Source: Bacteroidia bacterium (GTDB lineage: Bacteria > Bacteroidota > Bacteroidia > CAILMK01 > JBBDIG01). Taken from it: a stretch of DNA of 64,000 nt. The stretch lies in NCBI GenBank assembly GCA_040880525.1, contig JBBDIG010000045.1, forward strand, positions 9,266 through 73,265, read 5' to 3'. How positions within the stretch are numbered: position 1 is the first letter of the stretch; each line of letters opens with the position of its first letter. The notes beneath the pieces were generated by a model. That model was given only the letters and a program-made list of their open reading frames with translations. It did no database searches and was not told the DNA's origin. This document shows positions 57,869 through 64,000 of the stretch, piece after piece. The translations under genes and the position numbers were made by a program.

Positions 57869-57880
57869 AAGAAAAAAATT

Positions 57881-59062
57881 ATGAAAAAGATATTCCTCAT
57901 TCTGATACAAATTTCCTGGTCGGCCCTCGTTTTTGGGCAATGGACTCAGATGAATGATTTCCCATCAACCCCTACAGACGGAGCTTTTAGTTTTGTGCTG
58001 GATAATAAAGGCTATGTAGGTGGCGGACTTGCGGGGAACGAGGTTTTTAGCTTCGATGCTTCGAATGGTGAATGGACCGAAAAGGCGCCAATCCCCAGCC
58101 CTGGCGATCACCTTGCATGGGCCTTTAGCTTTGTAATCAATGGCAAAGCGTACGTTGGTGGTGGCTCTTTCGAGACCGCATCAGACCTCACCGATAAGAT
58201 GTACGAATATGATCCGCAAATGGATACTTGGACGGAAAAGGCACCTTATCCCGCAGGTGAACGTGATGGCTGCTTTTCTTTTTCTGTTAATGGAAAAGGC
58301 TATGTGGGCGGAGGTTTCGATGGGCAGTATATGCTATTCGACTTCTATGAATATAATCCTGCTACTGATCAGTGGCGAAGTTTGCCCGATTATCCGGGAG
58401 GACCGGTTCTCTTTGCAGTTTCCTTTGTGATAGATGGGAAAGCCTATGCAGGCACAGGCGCTCAGGGAACTATGGAAATTGATGATATCTGGGAATTTGA
58501 TCCTACAACAGAAAGCTGGAATCAGGTGGCATCATTTCCCGGAGAATCGCGCCAGGCAGCGGTGGGATATGCCGTTGGCGGCAAAGGCTACATAGCAGGT
58601 GGAATGTCTGACTATACAACCATTCGTAGCGACCTTTGGGAATATGACCCTGCTGCGGATAACTGGCAGAAAATAGAAGACAACTTGCCGACTGATCAAC
58701 TTGCATGGTCAACCGCATTTGTACTAGGAAATGATGCGTTCATTGGCCTCGGAGTGAATTTACCAGACTTCGAATTTTCCAACTCATTCTATAAATACAG
58801 TCACGTCTCTACTGGTATTTATCAGAAAACGCCTGCTGCGCTAGAAGTATATCCGAATCCGGCTTCATCTGTCCTGAATATTAAAAACCCGCAAGCAGGG
58901 CTAAATGCACAGGGCTATATGCTGGATGCAACAGGAAAGACCGTGAAGAAATGGAAGCCGGATGAAAGCGAAATCAATATCGAAGATCTTGCAGAAGGAA
59001 TCTATCTGCTGAGATTAATTGTGGAGGGAGAAATATTTCAGCAAAAAATATTGGTTCAATAA
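57881..59062 (+). CDS. Kelch-repeat protein with T9SS type A CTD
   Basis: Signal peptide; six GKxYVGGG...YDP..D.W repeats; VYPNPA, L.EGIYLL, QKILVQ. Confidence 0.93.
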   Translation: MKKIFLILIQISWSALVFGQWTQMNDFPSTPTDGAFSFVLDNKGYVGGGLAGNEVFSFDASNGEWTEKAPIPSPGDHLAWAFSFVINGKAYVGGGSFETASDLTDKMYEYDPQMDTWTEKAPYPAGERDGCFSFSVNGKGYVGGGFDGQYMLFDFYEYNPATDQWRSLPDYPGGPVLFAVSFVIDGKAYAGTGAQGTMEIDDIWEFDPTTESWNQVASFPGESRQAAVGYAVGGKGYIAGGMSDYTTIRSDLWEYDPAADNWQKIEDNLPTDQLAWSTAFVLGNDAFIGLGVNLPDFEFSNSFYKYSHVSTGIYQKTPAALEVYPNPASSVLNIKNPQAGLNAQGYMLDATGKTVKKWKPDESEINIEDLAEGIYLLRLIVEGEIFQQKILVQ

Positions 59063-59077
59063 ACGAACTGGGTTTTG

Positions 59078-59368
59078 CTATTGACTTATTTCTGCCGGCT
59101 CACGGAAATATTTGCGGTCGCTATAAAAGGTGCCAAATGGAACAAATGCCGAGGCGAAGCTCACCAGGATAGGCCGGGCTTTCCATTTGTGCTGAATGGC
59201 TATAACAGCCAGCCATAATGAGTACCCTATAAAAAGTACACCATGCGCCATTCCCACATGACGCACCATTTCAGGTTCGTCATAGAAATATTTCAAGGGC
59301 ATTGCAATGAACAGCAACACCAGCAGCGAAACGCCTTCGAGCAGCGCCAGGATCCTCAATAATTTCAT
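59078..59368 (-). CDS. DUF3817 membrane protein
   Basis: R..A.LEG.S..VLLFIAMPLKY, GMAHG.LF, PFGTF. Confidence 0.9.
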   Translation of the reverse strand: MKLLRILALLEGVSLLVLLFIAMPLKYFYDEPEMVRHVGMAHGVLFIGYSLWLAVIAIQHKWKARPILVSFASAFVPFGTFYSDRKYFREPAEISQ

Positions 59369-59579
59369 GCTCAGTTCACTTCATTTATTTGGCCGGCAAA
59401 AATAGGGTATCCAAAGGTGCCTGATGTCTGAATTGTCATCCTGTTTTGAAAGAGGTTTGTTCGGTATTATTCCTGGTTTTAATTAAAAAAATAAAATGTT
59501 TTAAAATTTCCGGAAATTCATTCCCAAACATTATTTAAAAACATAAATTAATTTTTTAATAAGAAATTGAGACTGGCTA

Positions 59580-60518
59580 TCATTTAATCAGCACAACTTT
59601 TTCAAAATGGATCACAGCATCATTGGCAATAAGTTGCAACAGGTAGGTTCCATTTGCGAGACCGGTAACGTCCAAAGCATGAACGTCAGTCAGCAGCCAT
59701 TCCTTTTTTACAATGCGGCCGGTAGCGTCCGTAAGTACGGCCTCTATCCTTTTCGTTTGTGGCGTACCAGGCCGTTCAATCATCAGCGCTCCGGATGCCG
59801 GAATAGGATAAACCTTCATCTTAGCTGCTTCTGCCTTACCGTCAATCGAAACCGAAACATTGCGAAAGCAACGAATTGCCAATCCTGCCTCCGGAGCAAT
59901 AGGGCCTGAACCTGAGCTTTCGAGCGACCAGCTTACCCACTTGAAGAGTACACCTGAACCGGGCGTGGTAACAAACCAACCGGCACGCTGTCCCCTGTAG
60001 TTGAAAGTTCCATCCGCATGGCTTCTGAAGCCGCCTGGCAGCGCGGTAAACCCGCTGTTATTGGTTGCTCCTGTATTAGGCTCCTCCCAATGTTCCGTGC
60101 CGGCTTGTTTCAGCTTTCCACCTGCCATGCTGGCGCCTCCCAAAGAACTGATCATTTTATCCCAATCCTGCTCTGAAGGGACACTCCAGCCTGCAGGACA
60201 AATGTCGGGGTCCATCGCCACGTAGCCATTATATATTCTTCCATAGAGAAAGTGGTGCGTAGCAGAATCATTATCATACCAGCACATGCCAGGTTCTGTA
60301 AGCGTTGGCCAGACAGCGTTGTCCTCCTCTTCTAAAATCGAATCGCCATTATTAAATCGGGAAGTGCGAAGATTTTCGGCCATCCATTCCTGGCTGCCAA
60401 TTCTTACTGTAGGGTAGGTGTTGCCATCCACATCAGCAACCTGTGCCAGAACAGGCGCTGAAGTCAGGCTGGTTAACCACAATAAAATTATCTTTAGGGT
60501 AGCCGGGAAGTTCTTCAT
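59580..60518 (-). CDS. FISUMP-domain protein with T9SS type A CTD
   Basis: D.DGN.Y.TV.IG.Q.WMAENL, YG..YN, CP.GW.VPS, ATN.SGFTALPGG.R; VYP.P, L.NG.Y, EKVV. Confidence 0.92.
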   Translation of the reverse strand: MKNFPATLKIILLWLTSLTSAPVLAQVADVDGNTYPTVRIGSQEWMAENLRTSRFNNGDSILEEEDNAVWPTLTEPGMCWYDNDSATHHFLYGRIYNGYVAMDPDICPAGWSVPSEQDWDKMISSLGGASMAGGKLKQAGTEHWEEPNTGATNNSGFTALPGGFRSHADGTFNYRGQRAGWFVTTPGSGVLFKWVSWSLESSGSGPIAPEAGLAIRCFRNVSVSIDGKAEAAKMKVYPIPASGALMIERPGTPQTKRIEAVLTDATGRIVKKEWLLTDVHALDVTGLANGTYLLQLIANDAVIHFEKVVLIK

Positions 60519-60642
60519 GCTATTGTCATTTGGTTCGTGCTGCTATCAAGACTTTTTCGATCAGACGAAATTCATTTCTCATGTGGCTGATCATTATAGG
60601 TGCCTCAATTTAAGATCATTTCATGGAAATATATCTTTTTGC

Positions 60643-60999
60643 CTACGAAAGTTTCATCAGGCCCTCTGACAAAGAAGCAACAAAATTGACTTGCCTGCCC
60701 CGGTTGCTTTCAGTAATAAAATCATTAAGTTTCGTTCCCTGATATTTCTTAAAATCACCCACAATGGCAAGCCTTACCCGGTAGGTAGAAAACTTCTGAA
60801 GAATTTCTCCTGCCATTCCATTTTTCAGATCAAAAAACTCAGGTGTTATATTGCTTTCATAAATAATAATCCGGTCAAAGCCCTGGTAATATAAATTTCC
60901 TAAGAGATCCAATCCATCTTCAGCAGAGGTAATAACCATTTGGCCGGAAGATATTTCAGCAATCTTTGTATTACCGGATGCGTGAGCCTCAATTTTCAT
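60643..60999 (-). CDS. DUF4180 protein
   Basis: FFDLKNG.AGEILQKFS.YR.RLAIVGDF, DFI.ESN.G. Confidence 0.92.
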   Translation of the reverse strand: MKIEAHASGNTKIAEISSGQMVITSAEDGLDLLGNLYYQGFDRIIIYESNITPEFFDLKNGMAGEILQKFSTYRVRLAIVGDFKKYQGTKLNDFITESNRGRQVNFVASLSEGLMKLS

Positions 61000-61236
61000 T
61001 TTATCAGTGGGTAATTCCATTAAGATCAAAAATCCGGTAATCTATTTTGATCAAGCTACACTTCTATTAGAATTTGTTTTTAATTTTAATATATAAGTAA
61101 TTTTCGAAAGAATTAATTCAATTGAAAATAGTGCTCAAAAACAACGGATTCTTCACCTATATGGATTTCTTACCGGAAAGGCACCGGTGGAATGGATAAT
61201 CAGAAAAACCTGGTCACAAAACTGAACCGCATTCCA

Positions 61237-62214
61237 TTACGAAACTACCTGAGCGGTTTCGTGCTCTTTCATTACTAAAAAGCGCTCTGCATCCAGGGCG
61301 GCCATACAGCCGGTGCCTGCGGCTGTTACTGCCTGGCGGTAAACTTTATCCTGGGCATCACCACTGGCGAAAACACCTTCCACATTTGTATGCGTGGTGC
61401 CTTTCACTACTTTAATGTATCCGGTTTCATCCAGTTCCAGATAATCCTTAAAAATATCAGTATTAGGTTTATGGCCGATGGCGATAAACAGGCCGGTTAC
61501 TTTCAGTTCCCGCTCATCACCGGTTTGATTATTCACCACGTGTACGGCAGTTACCTCTTTTTCGCCAATCACTTCCCTGACTTCATGATGGTATAGTATC
61601 TCAATATTCTTAGTATTTCGCACCCGCTCCTCCATAATCTTTGATGCACGGAATTCATCCTTTCGCACCAGCATATAGACTTTTTTGCAAAGCTTTGCCA
61701 GGTAGGATGCTTCTTCGCAGGCAGTATCTCCGCCCCCCACAATTGCTACTTCCTCTCCCCGGAAAAAATAGCCATCACAAACCGCACAGGCAGAAACTCC
61801 GTGCCCGTTGAGCCGCTGCTCCGATTCTATGCCCAGCCATTTTGCTGAAGCTCCGGTAGCAATGATCACTGCCTCCGCCTCAATAGTCTTCGACTCATCA
61901 ACGGTAACCTTGTGCGGGTAGCCTGAAAAATCCACAGAGGAGACCAGGCCATATCGAATGTCTGTGCCGAAGCGCTCCGCCTGTTTGCGGAACAGCTCCA
62001 TCATTTGAGGCCCCTGGATCCCTTCCGGATAGCCGGGATAATTCTCTACATCAGTGGTAATCATCAACTGTCCACCGGGTTGTATGCCGGCATACATCAT
62101 AGGATTCAGCTCTGCCCGTGCTGCATAAATGGCAGCCGTATATCCTGCCGGGCCGGAGCCTATGATCAGTAATTTTACCTTTTCTATTTCTTCTGTTCCG
62201 TTTGTGCGGTTCAT
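61237..62214 (-). CDS. trxB: Thioredoxin-disulfide reductase
   Basis: IIGSGPAGYTAA, GGQL, VENYPG, CAVCDG, GGGDTA.EEA, YRQAVTAAG.GC. Confidence 0.98.
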   Translation of the reverse strand: MNRTNGTEEIEKVKLLIIGSGPAGYTAAIYAARAELNPMMYAGIQPGGQLMITTDVENYPGYPEGIQGPQMMELFRKQAERFGTDIRYGLVSSVDFSGYPHKVTVDESKTIEAEAVIIATGASAKWLGIESEQRLNGHGVSACAVCDGYFFRGEEVAIVGGGDTACEEASYLAKLCKKVYMLVRKDEFRASKIMEERVRNTKNIEILYHHEVREVIGEKEVTAVHVVNNQTGDERELKVTGLFIAIGHKPNTDIFKDYLELDETGYIKVVKGTTHTNVEGVFASGDAQDKVYRQAVTAAGTGCMAALDAERFLVMKEHETAQVVS

Positions 62215-62391
62215 AAATTTAACTTTTTAATACAGGTGCAAATTTAAGAATTAACAAAATGCTTTCCCTTTGGGTGGATGATTTCAAATACAGGATGATC
62301 CTTAATTTAATTTTCCTGACCTGAAGGAATCAACGAATGGATTTACCTTTTTTATGAAATAATCCAAAACCGAAAATGAACATTCCTGTGG

Positions 62392-62613
62392 CTAAAAATC
62401 CCAGATAGGATTTCTGCGCCTGCGCCTGATGTAGTTGCGCATATTCAGCAAAAAAGCAAATGCCAGATATACCAGGATCGGTGAACCGAGCGTGAGAAAG
62501 GTGGAATACACAAAAAACATCCTGATGTGGGAAGTCCGGATGCCCAGCTTCTCTCCCAAATAGGAGCAGACACCAAAAAACTTCACTTCCATAAAATCTC
62601 TGATTCTTTTCAT
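62392..62613 (-). CDS. PspC-domain protein
   Basis: FGVC..LGEKLGI....IR.FF.Y..F.T.GSP. Confidence 0.85.
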   Translation of the reverse strand: MKRIRDFMEVKFFGVCSYLGEKLGIRTSHIRMFFVYSTFLTLGSPILVYLAFAFLLNMRNYIRRRRRNPIWDF

Positions 62614-62679
62614 TTCTTATTGCAAAAGAAGTTGTTACAATAGTTCCAAATATTGCTTAACAGGCAGCAAATTACAAAA

Positions 62680-63969
62680 TTATCCGGTCGCCTCATTTAT
62701 ACTTAAATGAAGAAGTTTATTGCCGATAGCGCATTGGAGGCAGCGCACCTTATCGCAATATTCCTTTTTCAGATGCAGCAGAGCCTGCGAATCCGATGCC
62801 GTCCCATTAGGAACACCCAGTTCCTCAAACTTTCTTAAAATTCGATTGCCTTCCGGCTTCATGTGCTCCAAAAGAGACAGCGCCCGTTCCCTGTGTTCGA
62901 GCGACTTTTTGGCATTGCCATGCGCAAAAAGAAAAGGAGCTATAGTATTGATGATTATGGTTTTGACGGCTGTATCCCCCGTTTTCTTCTTCGTCTTGCG
63001 CGCTGAAGGATTGCCAAAACTGTAGTGAGTATCCCAATATTCAGAAGCTGCAACCTTGAAATGCTGCATTACCTCTTTGGGTTCCTTTACCTCCAGGATT
63101 TTGGTAAACAGGTGCGTAGACTGGCTCACTACCTGGGCAAACTGAGCAATGCGGATGGTCGGAAAATTAGCAGGACGCATTCGCATCATCTTCCACATTT
63201 GTCCGGGAAGTGGCTGTAGTCCATACTTCTGTTTCAGGAACTGATATTCCTTGCGCAGCTTTTGGGGATATTCATCCTGATATTCAGGCTTCAGGAGGCC
63301 AGCCTGGCCATATAGCAGCGCTTCCAACTGAAACAGGTTGTTTTTGTGTTTGCCCAGCACCCTGAGCGATAAACTGCGGGCAAGCTGCTCAAAGGCGAAG
63401 GCATTTACATTAAAGCCAAAATTCCGCGCCAGTTGCTGATAAAAGGTTTCGCTCCAGTCGTAGCGGTTTTGCCTGAGAACTGAAAGAATGTACCCGGCCT
63501 TTTCCTCTACCCGCTCCATGGCCATGCGCCCTGCCCAATGCGTGAGGGTGAATTCGTTTACCTGGCCGATCATATTCTCGCATGGAATAAAATCTTCATT
63601 GGATCGGAGATAGTCATATCGCTTCAGCAGGTGCGGAGAAATTCTTCGCTTCAGTTCCAAGGCAGGAATCTTCCCCACTCCGGTGTCTCCCAAATAGTCA
63701 TGATTATACACTACATGAAGCACCACGTTATCGAAAGCCTTGTCGAGGTGATGCTGGTGCCGGTGCCAATCGGAACTATTGACGTGGATTTCCACATTTC
63801 CGGCCCAGGTGGTTGTGCCGATGCGAATGCGGGCATTAAAAAAGTCCGGACCCGAATCGTTATTGCGCTGACCAGGGTGAAGCACCTGTAGCCGCTCAGC
63901 ACCTATGCGCAATTTGTCGTGGTCAAAAAGCTGGTACTTCCAGATGTGGTAAAGCAGTTCTTCATTCAT
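62680..63969 (-). CDS. DUF2851 family protein
   Basis: E.LL..IW, N.DSGPDFFNA, W.GNVEIH...SDW..H.H, VVLHVV, RMRPANFPTIR, C...RCL.C.IG. Confidence 0.93.
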   Translation of the reverse strand: MNEELLYHIWKYQLFDHDKLRIGAERLQVLHPGQRNNDSGPDFFNARIRIGTTTWAGNVEIHVNSSDWHRHQHHLDKAFDNVVLHVVYNHDYLGDTGVGKIPALELKRRISPHLLKRYDYLRSNEDFIPCENMIGQVNEFTLTHWAGRMAMERVEEKAGYILSVLRQNRYDWSETFYQQLARNFGFNVNAFAFEQLARSLSLRVLGKHKNNLFQLEALLYGQAGLLKPEYQDEYPQKLRKEYQFLKQKYGLQPLPGQMWKMMRMRPANFPTIRIAQFAQVVSQSTHLFTKILEVKEPKEVMQHFKVAASEYWDTHYSFGNPSARKTKKKTGDTAVKTIIINTIAPFLFAHGNAKKSLEHRERALSLLEHMKPEGNRILRKFEELGVPNGTASDSQALLHLKKEYCDKVRCLQCAIGNKLLHLSINEATG

Positions 63970-64000
63970 TTCCCTGGAGGATTAAAAAAAGCGAATGGCT

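Noticed and set aside
60564-60593. CGTC-containing motif upstream of the FISUMP gene as a second ECF42 target
   Set aside because: The -35 position reads TCAG rather than TGTC at the matching spacing.

Overview
64-kb chromosomal window from a Bacteroidota genome, judged by gldC, two T9SS CTD cargo proteins, DUF2851/DUF4175 and many TAnnTTTG -7 promoter elements. Most of it is core or housekeeping (lpxK, nif3, corA, uvrB, rlmL-like, ribH, pdhA, trxB) plus envelope glycosylation genes and ABC transporters. There are small accessory patches: a decayed RAYT/PIN region at the left edge, a WG-repeat gene next to an MBOAT/SGNH pair, an ECF42 operon, and an AAA+/HEPN-MNT islet. I found no rRNA, canonical tRNA, CRISPR array or intact transposase. 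The most notable observations are: (1) an orphan histidine kinase whose N-terminus matches the plant ETR1 ethylene-binding domain at all seven key residues; (2) a QueF-fold protein that lacks the catalytic cysteine and sits among glycosyltransferases; (3) a ~950-bp gene-free region with two promoter-to-terminator units sharing a core motif (candidate sibling sRNAs) and a 24-aa membrane peptide; (4) an outer-membrane protein gene interrupted by an in-frame TAG. All calls were made by eye from motifs and recalled family consensus; no database searches were run.
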